A DNA stretch of 64,000 bases from an uncultured virus (IMG/VR IMGVR_UViG_3300045999_004337) (Duplodnaviria; Heunggongvirae; Uroviricota; Caudoviricetes): IMG/VR virus record IMGVR_UViG_3300045999_004337. One strand, 5' to 3'. The notes below the pieces were generated by a model. It was given only the letters and a program-made list of their open reading frames with translations, had not been told where the DNA came from and made no database searches. The position numbers and the translations under genes are program-made. This document shows, piece by piece, positions 1 through 8,601 of this stretch (positions are counted from its first letter, which is position 1; each line of letters starts with the position of its first letter).

Positions 1-1
1 A

Positions 2-481
2 CATACTTTGAACTTCATGGAGCATCACTACATCTGGCTCTACAGGACACATGGGAGTCTAGGTGGATACAACATGACCATTGGTGGGGAAGGGAAACAG
101 AAGGGACTAACCGAGAAGCAGAGAAAGGAACAAAACAAGGCTAAAAATGAGGCTTGGTATAAAGCCAACAAGGAGAAGGTGAAGTCTCGACTGAAGGCGC
201 ACCGAGAAGCCAACAAGGAGAAGGTGAAGGCTCAAGAGAAGGCTCGGCGTGAAGCCAACAAGGAGAAGGTGAAGGCTCGGAAGAAGGCTTACTATGAAGC
301 CAATAAGGAGAAGAAGAAGGCTCAAGAGAAGGCTTGGCGGGAAGCCAACAAGGAGAAGGTGAAGGCTCAAGAGAAGGCTTGGCGGGAAGCCAACAGAGAC
401 AGGGCAAATGCATATCGGAAGGTTTGGAGGGAAGCCAAAAGAAAAACGGTGGCATCCATGCCACCGTCGTTCTCTGAATGA
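2..481 (+). CDS. 5'-truncated GIY-YIG-like endonuclease with C-terminal 15-aa helical repeats
   Basis: Frame is open from the window edge. E..YI...T....GYN.T.GG matches the end of a GIY-YIG domain, followed by ANKEKVKAQEKAWRE-type repeats. Confidence 0.55.
   Translation, partial: HTLNFMEHHYIWLYRTHGSLGGYNMTIGGEGKQKGLTEKQRKEQNKAKNEAWYKANKEKVKSRLKAHREANKEKVKAQEKARREANKEKVKARKKAYYEANKEKKKAQEKAWREANKEKVKAQEKAWREANRDRANAYRKVWREAKRKTVASMPPSFSE
160..400 (+). repeat. About five 45-bp coding tandem repeats
   Basis: gaagccaacaaggagaaggtgaaggctc recurs with 45-nt period. Confidence 0.9.
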
Positions 482-491
482 GGTTTTGTGG

Positions 492-632
492 TCAGTCCTT
501 CGACCAGGGCAAGAACTTCTTTACCCAAGTCCAGAGAGGTGCGCCAATAAGAGCACCAGCCACGAAGACCAAAACACTCCACCAAGTAGTTCCGAGGACA
601 TCACCGAACGATGCCAAGATTGTAGGTTCCAT
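492..632 (-). CDS. 46-aa single-pass membrane protein (not in the ORF track)
   Basis: MEPTILASFGDVLGTTWWSVLVFVAGALIGAPLWTWVKKFLPWSKD; AAGGAG RBS; ATACATA motif at 667-673. Confidence 0.75.
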   Translation of the reverse strand: MEPTILASFGDVLGTTWWSVLVFVAGALIGAPLWTWVKKFLPWSKD

Positions 633-731
633 ACTTTCTCCTTTGTGTTAGATTAGAAACCACCTCTATGTATGCCCTACCCGTCCCCAACTCCACGGAG
701 ACCTACATAGAGGGCAAGGAGAAACCCCCAA

Positions 732-953
732 ATGAACAGTTACACGGACGCATTCACCATTCCGACCGCAGGAATCTCATTCGCAGGGATGGCAATCCAC
801 AATCCGACGAGCAGCACGGCTACGGCAGTCGTGGTTCCCTTCCGTAGGGACAACGGAGCCACATTCACCGTAGCCCTGCAAGCGGGTCAGGTTCTCGAAC
901 TGAAGTTCCGTGAAGTCAGGTCCGCAGGTGTGACCATGATCGGATTCTACTGA
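732..953 (+). CDS. Small hypothetical late protein
   Basis: AAGGAG RBS; CTACATA motif at 703-709; beta-rich 73 aa. Confidence 0.7.
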   Translation: MNSYTDAFTIPTAGISFAGMAIHNPTSSTATAVVVPFRRDNGATFTVALQAGQVLELKFREVRSAGVTMIGFY

Positions 954-1624
954 GCAAAGAGGCTGACGAACCCTTCGGTTCCGCCGTTCCTGTAGATACG
1001 CATAGCCCTGGCAAGCCCATTGACATGATCGATGGGCTTTTCCTTGAAGACCTGTAGCGTTCCCGTCTCGCATGCGACTAGCACCACGATCTGCCCCACC
1101 TTCATCCCCGTGATCTCCTCGAACATCAGGGCATATGCCGTGGCTTGCTGGAAGTAGTTCTTGATGCCAGACTTGGTCTTCTCCCGCGTCGAACCCTTGA
1201 AGTCAACCACGGAGAGAGTCCCGTCATACTCGCAGATGCAGTCGGCTCTTCCCGCCAGACCGATGCGCTCGGACCACATCTGTAGTTCAAGCCCGTGGAC
1301 GAGACCTATCTTCTTCTCCGCATCGTCCCTCAGCATGTGGTAGAGGGAGTCGATCTCAGCATTCTCCGTCAGAGGCACGGGTTCGTTCTTCAACAGGCTC
1401 TCCATCATGGAGTGGATCCTGTTCCCCCTATCGATCACGCGGACGGCTTCAAGCGGGTTCTTCCTGCGCCATATGGCAAACCCGTCCTTCCCCTCGAAGC
1501 CAGTGACGGTGGTCACGGACGGAAGATGGATGCCGTTGGGAGTGACATAGACGCGACCTTCCTCACCTTCAAGGCATCGCAGCGGAGGAAGGTTGAGATC
1601 GATTGGTTGGTAGTTGAAGGTCAT
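947..1624 (-). CDS. PD-(D/E)XK exonuclease
   Basis: LPSVTTV, LAGRADC, VVDFKGS and YFQQATAYA motifs. Confidence 0.9.
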   Translation of the reverse strand: MTFNYQPIDLNLPPLRCLEGEEGRVYVTPNGIHLPSVTTVTGFEGKDGFAIWRRKNPLEAVRVIDRGNRIHSMMESLLKNEPVPLTENAEIDSLYHMLRDDAEKKIGLVHGLELQMWSERIGLAGRADCICEYDGTLSVVDFKGSTREKTKSGIKNYFQQATAYALMFEEITGMKVGQIVVLVACETGTLQVFKEKPIDHVNGLARAMRIYRNGGTEGFVSLFAQ

Positions 1625-1932
1625 GAAGTTGAGTCTAGGTCACATGGTGGAGTGGGGAAATGCTTGCTTCGTTTGGAGATGTCCATCTTCTGACCAGGTG
1701 TCTTCACCTTGGTCTTCTTCCTGATGTCCTTCTCCTCGAGAATCTCCTGAAAGAATCGCGTTGTCTCCGCGACATTCATACCAGCATACATTGCCTCACG
1801 CAGAATAGCAAGCGATTTCTCATCTGAAACTATTGCTTGCCAAGGCATGTCCAACCTATCGGCAACTCGTCTCATGAACGAATACTCAGATTCATGGCAG
1901 TCTTGGTTGTGGATGTTTCTGCGTCTCTTCAT
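1621..1932 (-). CDS. Hypothetical protein (start revised to MKRRRN)
   Basis: The longer ORF-track start runs through a terminator. CTACATA at 1941-1947 precedes ATG 1932. Confidence 0.6.
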   Translation of the reverse strand: MKRRRNIHNQDCHESEYSFMRRVADRLDMPWQAIVSDEKSLAILREAMYAGMNVAETTRFFQEILEEKDIRKKTKVKTPGQKMDISKRSKHFPTPPCDLDSTS

Positions 1933-1955
1933 GCTGAAGGTATGTAGTCTGTATG

Positions 1956-1986
1956 AAAAAGCAGAGGGGTCTTTCGACCCCTCTGC
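1956..1986 (-). terminator. Rho-independent terminator
   Basis: 11-bp perfect stem GCAGAGGGGTC, GAAA loop, then a U5 tract on the minus strand. Confidence 0.9.
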
Positions 1987-2092
1987 TCGGCAGCGAGACT
2001 CCTCATCGGGTAAGTTCTCGACGCGGGGATGAATAGCGTAGTCACTCGCCCTGTCATCCACGACCGACTCGGTAACGAGCGGTAGGAACATC
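1956..2092 (-). ncRNA. Candidate structured small RNA or long structured 3' UTR of gene 32
   Basis: Bounded by ATACATA (2095-2101) and the terminator, with several stems between. Confidence 0.4.
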
Positions 2093-2100
2093 GATATGTA

Positions 2101-3033
2101 TCAATCTTCTTCAACCAAGCGGTTGAAATACGATAGAGCGTCATTGTCATCGTCCGAAGACTCCTCCATCTTCGGCTTTTGCTCACGACCAGGAGACTTC
2201 GCTTCCTTTGCGGGGAACTTGGGCTTGAAGTCCTTCGGGGCATCCTCATCCTCGTCCAACTTCATGTTCTCTGCCTTGTCGGTTCCAGAGCCGTTGATCA
2301 CCGACTGGAACTTCGTCTTGAGTTCGCCGTAGGGCTTGAACTGGTCTGGCTTGACGAACTCCTGCAAGGAGTGCTCGGTCTTCCACAGGGCTTCAAGATC
2401 CTTGTCCTTGCCGTCGAGAAGAAGAGACGAAGCGGAGAACTCGGACTTGTCGTAGTTGCGGTAGCCCTCGACATTGCGGATCTTGATCTTGAAGTTCGCT
2501 CCCTGCCAGAAGTCGAACGGATTGACCGCATCCTCGTCCTTGTATTCGGGGTTCATCTTGTCGTTGATCTTGTCGAAGATCTTCTTGCCGTAGCGGTAGA
2601 GGAAGACCTTCCCGTTGTTGGCGGGATTGGTCGGATCATCGATCACCATGATGTTGCTGATGTAGGACAACTTGCGCTTGCGGTTGCGGGCAATGTTCTT
2701 GTCGTCCTCGACCCCTGAGTTCCAGAGTTCGTTGTTTGCCTCGCAGATCGGACACTTCTGTCCGATGGTGGTGGGGCAGTTCTCAATGAACCATCCACCC
2801 TTGCCCTGGAAGCCGTGGCTGAAGACCCGAACCCAAGGAAGGTCTTCGTTTGGAGGGGCAGGGAGGAAGCGGATCACGGCATAGCCGTTTCCCGTCTTGT
2901 CCACCTCAGGCTGCCAGAATCGGTCGTCCTTGTAGGAGTTCTCTCCTCCTCCCTTGGCGACCTTTTCGAGTTGCGATGCAAGAGTTGCTGCTGCTGTCTT
3001 TGAGTTCTTCTTGAAACTTGCGAAATCCGACAT
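2101..3033 (-). CDS. 32: Single-stranded DNA-binding protein gp32
   Basis: DDRFWQP, GNGYAVIRFLP, HGFQG..W.IENC, CPICE, NPFDFWQGANF; acidic tail. Confidence 0.97.
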   Translation of the reverse strand: MSDFASFKKNSKTAAATLASQLEKVAKGGGENSYKDDRFWQPEVDKTGNGYAVIRFLPAPPNEDLPWVRVFSHGFQGKGGWFIENCPTTIGQKCPICEANNELWNSGVEDDKNIARNRKRKLSYISNIMVIDDPTNPANNGKVFLYRYGKKIFDKINDKMNPEYKDEDAVNPFDFWQGANFKIKIRNVEGYRNYDKSEFSASSLLLDGKDKDLEALWKTEHSLQEFVKPDQFKPYGELKTKFQSVINGSGTDKAENMKLDEDEDAPKDFKPKFPAKEAKSPGREQKPKMEESSDDDNDALSYFNRLVEED

Positions 3034-3084
3034 GTGCTGTTTCTCCTTGTGTGTGCGGTGTGTGCGGATGTCTGACCTGAAAGA

Positions 3085-3112
3085 AGTATACTGCGTGTTC
3101 TGCGTATGTCAA
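3085..3112 (-). promoter_or_regulatory. Sigma70-type promoter of gene 32
   Basis: TTGACA-16 bp-TATACT. Confidence 0.8.
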
Positions 3113-3324
3113 GAGAGAGGCAACGATTCTTTTCTTGGAAGTAGATTCACTTCCATTGCCTCTCGCTCTATGTTTTCGATGATCGGCTTGGACAGATGGC
3201 GGGAAACGAGGGAGACATCGAGTCCCTCCTCCTCGCAAAGTTCGAGGACAGCCTCCATGTAGGTGATGTCCCTACCTGAGACCATTCGTTCCACCGCGTT
3301 CGATATCTGCTCTGGGTTTATCAT
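3109..3324 (-). CDS. 33: Late transcription coactivator gp33
   Basis: ITYMEAVLELCEE...LSKPIIENIEREA..NLLP; located beside gp32. Confidence 0.85.
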   Translation of the reverse strand: MINPEQISNAVERMVSGRDITYMEAVLELCEEEGLDVSLVSRHLSKPIIENIEREAMEVNLLPRKESLPLS

Positions 3325-3341
3325 GGTGACAAGTTTACCAC

Positions 3342-3371
3342 TATGTATGCGGGTTTCAAGGGGCATACATA
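3342..3371. promoter_or_regulatory. Divergent pair of late-promoter motifs
   Basis: ATACATA on minus (3342-3348) and on plus (3365-3371), between divergent genes. Confidence 0.7.
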
Positions 3372-3406
3372 CAAGGAGCCAAAGAAATCAAAAGGAACAA
3401 GCACCC

Positions 3407-4984
3407 ATGCCCACGGACATCGACAGCAACTTTCTGGTCACAGGAGCCTCTGGAGACGCGGTAATCGCGACAGACTACAGCCCCACGGATGCAGCGCACT
3501 ATCAGGTGATGAAGATTGCCTATGGAAGCACACAGGACTTCAATCGCGTCACGGCATCAAACGGGCTTCCCGTACAGATGGTCAACTCCCCGACCGTGAC
3601 GGTGTCCAGCATCTCCAATGCAGTGCAGACTTTCGGAAACATGGGAGTTTTCGGAATCGCTGGTGCTACAGCCATCGGTGTCACCGCTGCCAACTTCGGC
3701 ATCCGTTCCCTCACTGGCGGAATCCTGACATCGGGAACTGCCCACGACGGGGCAGACTTCGTCCGTGTCATCGGAGCATCTGGTGCGTTCCCAATCGGCG
3801 TGACTGCGGCAAACTTCGGAATCCGTTCCCTCACAGGCGGGTCGATTGCATCGGGAACTGCCCACGATGGGGCAGACTTCGTCCGTGTCATCGGAGCATC
3901 TGGTGCTTTCCCCGTAGGCATCACAGCCACCGCTCTGGACATCCGTGGACTCACATACACCAAGGACAGCATGTCCGTCCTGAACACGGTCTCCGTGCAG
4001 AACGGTCAGTCGAGTCCCTTCTCAACCACGATCACTCAGGGATTCCAGACAAGGCTTCTCAGGGCAAGCACGGGCGGAACCCCTGTCTCCAGCGAGGCTG
4101 CACTGTCCCCGCTCGTCGGATCGGCTGAGGACACCGTCCGCGTGGTCGGCATATCGGGAGCATATCCCGTCACCACGCTTGCAATGGGTCGCACTGGCTC
4201 CACGGATGTCCCTCTCAGGGTCGATGGCAGCGGAAACCTCTTCGTGAACCTTGCATCGGGAAGCATCGGTGTCACCGCGAACATCACATCCGCGAACTTC
4301 ACCCTATCGGGCGTATCCCTTGCTGCGGCAGGAACATCGGCAGGAGCGGTCTCCATCCACGGATACGCAGGAGCGGATGCCAATCCAGTCAAGGTGTCTG
4401 CTACGGACCTTGACATCAGGAACCTGAGCGCGACCAATGATTCGGTCAATGCGGTGATCCGAGTCCTCGGTGCGTCGGGAGATCAGGTCGGTCTCACGGG
4501 AAGCGCGATGAGCGTGTTGACCGACTTCGGTGCAGCGATAGCAAGAGTATCCTCGTTCAACCGCGTCAGGACCGACGATGCCAATGCTCCCACCGTCATC
4601 AACCGCATAGAGCAGACTACGGCTGCGGCTGAGAAGATACAGGCTGCCGTGGAGTCTTCGTTCGACTCGACCAGTTCGTCCATTCGAGTGAATGTGGTGT
4701 CGGTCAATCAGCCAACTGGCATCACTAGCGGAAGGGTATCATGCAACCCAACGGCAGCGGCTTTCGGCTCCTTTGCCCTCAAGAGCGGCATCCACCTCAA
4801 GACGGACATCGGAAACAGCAACACCAATCCCGTGTTCGTCGGTTCGGCAGCGATGCAATCCAGCAACACCAACGGCATTCCTCTGTACAACGGAGACGAG
4901 ATATTCATAGAGACGGACAATGCGAACAAGGTCTACTTTGCGTCTGCCATGGCAGGTCTCACCCTCTACTATGTCGGAACCTGA
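3407..4984 (+). CDS. Putative virion structural protein with internal repeats
   Basis: Gly/Ser/Thr/Ala-rich; repeated VRVIGASGAFPIGVTA and LDIR motifs; start revised to MPTDID. Confidence 0.7.
   Translation: MPTDIDSNFLVTGASGDAVIATDYSPTDAAHYQVMKIAYGSTQDFNRVTASNGLPVQMVNSPTVTVSSISNAVQTFGNMGVFGIAGATAIGVTAANFGIRSLTGGILTSGTAHDGADFVRVIGASGAFPIGVTAANFGIRSLTGGSIASGTAHDGADFVRVIGASGAFPVGITATALDIRGLTYTKDSMSVLNTVSVQNGQSSPFSTTITQGFQTRLLRASTGGTPVSSEAALSPLVGSAEDTVRVVGISGAYPVTTLAMGRTGSTDVPLRVDGSGNLFVNLASGSIGVTANITSANFTLSGVSLAAAGTSAGAVSIHGYAGADANPVKVSATDLDIRNLSATNDSVNAVIRVLGASGDQVGLTGSAMSVLTDFGAAIARVSSFNRVRTDDANAPTVINRIEQTTAAAEKIQAAVESSFDSTSSSIRVNVVSVNQPTGITSGRVSCNPTAAAFGSFALKSGIHLKTDIGNSNTNPVFVGSAAMQSSNTNGIPLYNGDEIFIETDNANKVYFASAMAGLTLYYVGT
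3674..3915 (+). repeat. 120-bp tandem duplication
   Basis: GVTAANFGIRSLTGG....SGTAHDGADFVRVIGASGAFP occurs twice. Confidence 0.9.
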
Positions 4985-4987
4985 ACC

Positions 4988-7006
4988 ATGTCCAATCCGT
5001 TCATAAACAGAAGGAACACGAAGAACCGAAGGAGAGGGGATTCTCCTTCGGTGAACACAACCGAAGGCGAGTTCATACGGATAGCCGACTTCGACACCTT
5101 CTACTGGTACACTCCGTCTCCTGGAGTCGGGGCTGACCGATGGGACAACATCCCGAATCAAACTTCGGGGTCGAACAACCCCTCCACGGCAACGCAGTTG
5201 GTGGTCGGAGCCATGAACCCATGGAACCATTCCGATGCGTCAAACTATCCTTCCAAAGGCTCCATAGCACCAAGGACTCCTACGAGAGTTGCGATTGGAT
5301 TCGACATGTCTGGCATTCCGGCTAGTGCATCCATCACCCAGGCTGACTTGAACCTAACCGTAGCGCAGAGCAGGGAATGGAACACCGAATCCTACGATCC
5401 ATCCGCCATACAGCAGGACATATGGATCGCTTCGTGGATTCCAACAGGAGCAGACGCGCCCCATAACACGCTAGCACCTGAGTCTCTTGGAAATGTCAAT
5501 CAATACGAATATGTGAAACCAATGATCCATATGTTCGATTGCGCCCAAGATGGTGGATGGGAATGGAGCAGTCCGCAATCCTATATCACCGGTTTCCCAA
5601 GTGGCTGTCCCAACAGATTCGTTGCCACTGTACAAAAAATGTCCGAACTTCCAACAGGAAAGAGATGTCTGAGAACAACACGACTAGATCAATCACCGAT
5701 ATTTGAAGAGATCTCCGATAGGTATGGCTATCCTGAAACGGTAACGGGACTGAATTCTCCTTGGGCAGAAAATGCTGGCATCAGGGCAAGATACGAGTTT
5801 GAAGTGATCTGCGATGCATTCAAGAGTGCGGGAGCCATCCCAGACTACATCACAATCAATAGCCCTCCAGGTGAGTACATCTCTCATGGATTTTGGATAA
5901 CTCCCACTACGAGGTTCGATGGAACTAGTACTCCCGGTTGGACGGATGAGTTCATCAACAACATTGTGAACGACCCAAGAGCCTCTCAGACATGGTATGG
6001 GGAGAAGAGTTTCAATGATCTCTACACGAACGACGGGGAATACCCACTCAACTTCTCCAACATGTACACAAGGACATACCATCCCCAATATCAAAACGAT
6101 TACATCAGATGGAACAGGGCTGCAATTGCCCTCAACCATAGGTTCATGGAGGAGTTTGTCGTAAAGACCATCAAAGGCAAGTTCGGAAACGAACAAAACA
6201 TCTGCAACGGCGATGTGTCGAAGATGACCCCCGAAAATGAGGCGTACACAGTAGACGGTCATCCAATGTGGATTGATGCTCACAATGGAAACGCAGGATC
6301 GCTGTTCCTCTATGGGGGATGGAATTTTCCAAACGTATATCAAGTTTTGAACAACGATCCAACTCGGCTGGTGTGGAACGACTATGCTGCCGCCAACGGG
6401 GGTGGAGTGCAATTCCTAGACACGGTGTGGAATCAGTTCATGGTTCAAATACACAAAATGCGTATGGCTAAGAGGAGTTCACCGAATCTTCCGATGAGAC
6501 ACTGGTTGTCGAGTATAGAGTTGAGTGCAGATGATGCACAATTCGGATCTCGATTTGGAACAGAAGATAGAGAACTGTTTTACGAACTGGTTCGCCATGC
6601 AAGTTTCATGAACCTAGAGATGTTCAACTGGTGGAACACATCGGAGCCAGATCAGAACACGAGAAACGCAAACTTTGAGAGGATGAACGAAGTTCTAGCC
6701 GACATAAATCAAAGGATAGGTGGCTTTAGGATTCACAGTCTGAACACAGACAGGGTAAACTTCCTCACAAGGTATATCGTGAGTGGATGCCCAACCAAGC
6801 CTGGTTCTGAACATCTGTACGTCTGGAGGTTCACACCGATAAACAGTGAAAACAACTGGACGTATTCGGATGCGAGTGACCCCAACAGCAAAAACGTGGT
6901 CTTTGACGACGGCGGTCGGGGGGCTTGGATTTACACCAACGCACCAACTCCACCAGTATTCGTGGAGCAGGACACCAACACTATTGGTGGATCAGGTGTG
7001 ATATGA
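4988..7006 (+). CDS. Hypothetical protein: N-terminal part of a DNRLRE-like domain plus a possible glycoside-hydrolase-like region
   Basis: RVAIGFDMSGIPASASITQADLNL motif; aromatic-rich, lower-GC remainder. Confidence 0.55.
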   Translation: MSNPFINRRNTKNRRRGDSPSVNTTEGEFIRIADFDTFYWYTPSPGVGADRWDNIPNQTSGSNNPSTATQLVVGAMNPWNHSDASNYPSKGSIAPRTPTRVAIGFDMSGIPASASITQADLNLTVAQSREWNTESYDPSAIQQDIWIASWIPTGADAPHNTLAPESLGNVNQYEYVKPMIHMFDCAQDGGWEWSSPQSYITGFPSGCPNRFVATVQKMSELPTGKRCLRTTRLDQSPIFEEISDRYGYPETVTGLNSPWAENAGIRARYEFEVICDAFKSAGAIPDYITINSPPGEYISHGFWITPTTRFDGTSTPGWTDEFINNIVNDPRASQTWYGEKSFNDLYTNDGEYPLNFSNMYTRTYHPQYQNDYIRWNRAAIALNHRFMEEFVVKTIKGKFGNEQNICNGDVSKMTPENEAYTVDGHPMWIDAHNGNAGSLFLYGGWNFPNVYQVLNNDPTRLVWNDYAAANGGGVQFLDTVWNQFMVQIHKMRMAKRSSPNLPMRHWLSSIELSADDAQFGSRFGTEDRELFYELVRHASFMNLEMFNWWNTSEPDQNTRNANFERMNEVLADINQRIGGFRIHSLNTDRVNFLTRYIVSGCPTKPGSEHLYVWRFTPINSENNWTYSDASDPNSKNVVFDDGGRGAWIYTNAPTPPVFVEQDTNTIGGSGVI

Positions 7007-7031
7007 CAGATGCAAGCAACTGGAGACTCTG

Positions 7032-8507
7032 ATGGAACCTAAACCGATACAGGCAAGGCTTGCCGGAACAGACATCAACGATCAGGTGAACTGGTATCAG
7101 AAGAACTCTGTAATCCCCCATGAGGTGCAGGATCCCCTCTTTGCAAGCCTGGTTCATTCACCAGTGCAGAATCCGATACCGAAGGCACAACAGTTCTTCC
7201 CCGACTTTCCAGGTGTGGGCGCAGCCAGAACCAATGAAGCCGAATCGCTGTCCAACGGAGGAGGGTACGCGGTGGGAAACTCCGTGGCTGAAAGCACCGC
7301 CGTGTTCTCAAACCCATCCGACAAGAACACAATGGATGTGAAGGCTCTCGTCAACGATTTCATGGCAGCACGGTCAAATGGTGGATTGACGCTGTCGATG
7401 ATACTCCTCGGGAAGCAAGATTTGTTCCCGAACAACGAGGAAACCGTACCTGAATACTCAGAGAGCAAGTATGTGAGGACAGGGGGGAGCGGAGAACCAT
7501 TCCATGATGATTTCTACAAGGACTCCGCTTGGATATCTTTTCACAGCAGGGAATCCACCAATGTTACGACGATGCCCAGCACCACATCCGTTTCGTTGAG
7601 GAAGAACTTCCACCACGGAGTCCTCAAACTAAACTCAAGCATGGTTGCTGGCATCTCACAGGGAACCAACCTGGTCTACATCAGGTCATTCGGTTCCTTC
7701 AACTGGCTGAATGCCGTTGGTCTGTCGGCTGGAGCCATGGTCACCTTCAACGAGAAGACTTTCCCCGTCAACGAGGCGTTGAGCGCAAGCAGACAATCAT
7801 CACCCACCATAATCACCTGCTCCAGCAAGACCTTGCAGTTCATGGGGGTGTCTGGAAACGATGCCGTGTTCCAAAACCTCTCGGAAACCACTCTGTTCAA
7901 CGGAACAAAATCCAATCAGCAGGTTTCGGCAAAGATCAACTGGGGCGACATCAACTATGCCGATGCTTCGACACAACCATATTCGATCAGTCAGGGAAAC
8001 ACTGAACTTGTGCTTAGATGCAGGTACTCAGGATCATATGGAACCGACAATCTGCTTGCACTCAACGTCACCGTAGAAAACAACGCTCTCTCCAAGAAGT
8101 TCTTCGGTGGATTCAACAACCTTGGAATCACCGCTGGCTCGTACATAGAGATAACAGGAGCATCTGTTTCATCCAACAACGGGATATACCGAGTCGAAGC
8201 ATTGTTCGACGGCATACCAGATGACGAAAACTACACCGAAGAGTTCAACTTGTATGTGCCAGGTGATCTAAATCAAGACGGCGTTGTGAACGCTGCCGAT
8301 TTTGCATTTTCAAATAGTCCCGAGCAACTTTCGTCGGTTCTGACAAATTTCGGACAATCAGGTACAACGACGGAGAACTACAAACCATATCAGTACCTCA
8401 GGTTGAGCAGGAACATAGTGCCGGAAACTGGTTCCTCCATGACCATACGAAATGTATCCAACCTCCCCATCCTGCATGTCAAGTACACGCAGGTAGTGAA
8501 CCCCTAA
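7032..8507 (+). CDS. Hypothetical virion-associated protein with dockerin/EF-hand-like motif
   Basis: PGDLNQDGVVNAADF...VLTNFG; also DVKALVND, FHSREST and PILHVKY. Confidence 0.6.
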   Translation: MEPKPIQARLAGTDINDQVNWYQKNSVIPHEVQDPLFASLVHSPVQNPIPKAQQFFPDFPGVGAARTNEAESLSNGGGYAVGNSVAESTAVFSNPSDKNTMDVKALVNDFMAARSNGGLTLSMILLGKQDLFPNNEETVPEYSESKYVRTGGSGEPFHDDFYKDSAWISFHSRESTNVTTMPSTTSVSLRKNFHHGVLKLNSSMVAGISQGTNLVYIRSFGSFNWLNAVGLSAGAMVTFNEKTFPVNEALSASRQSSPTIITCSSKTLQFMGVSGNDAVFQNLSETTLFNGTKSNQQVSAKINWGDINYADASTQPYSISQGNTELVLRCRYSGSYGTDNLLALNVTVENNALSKKFFGGFNNLGITAGSYIEITGASVSSNNGIYRVEALFDGIPDDENYTEEFNLYVPGDLNQDGVVNAADFAFSNSPEQLSSVLTNFGQSGTTTENYKPYQYLRLSRNIVPETGSSMTIRNVSNLPILHVKYTQVVNP

Positions 8508-8511
8508 AACA

Positions 8512-8540
8512 GGAAGACCTCCGTTTCGGGAGGTCGTTCC
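8512..8540. terminator. Hairpin between convergent genes
   Basis: GACCTCC-GTTTCG-GGAGGTC. Confidence 0.55.
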
Positions 8541-8601
8541 ATCTCTACCCGCCCAAAATGCGCGTCATCCCTTGCGGGTGAGAGGCGCGGCGAGTGTGTT
8601 C

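Noticed and set aside
947..1624. Cas4/CRISPR system
   Set aside because: A stand-alone PD-(D/E)XK exonuclease typical of T4-like phages, with no cas genes or array.
1960..2030. Hammerhead ribozyme (CCGATGAG...GAAA)
   Set aside because: The core differs from CUGAnGA, and the GAAA is the terminator loop.
1621..2091. 156-aa ORF as given in the ORF track
   Set aside because: It runs through a perfect terminator. A better start at 1932 has its own promoter motif.
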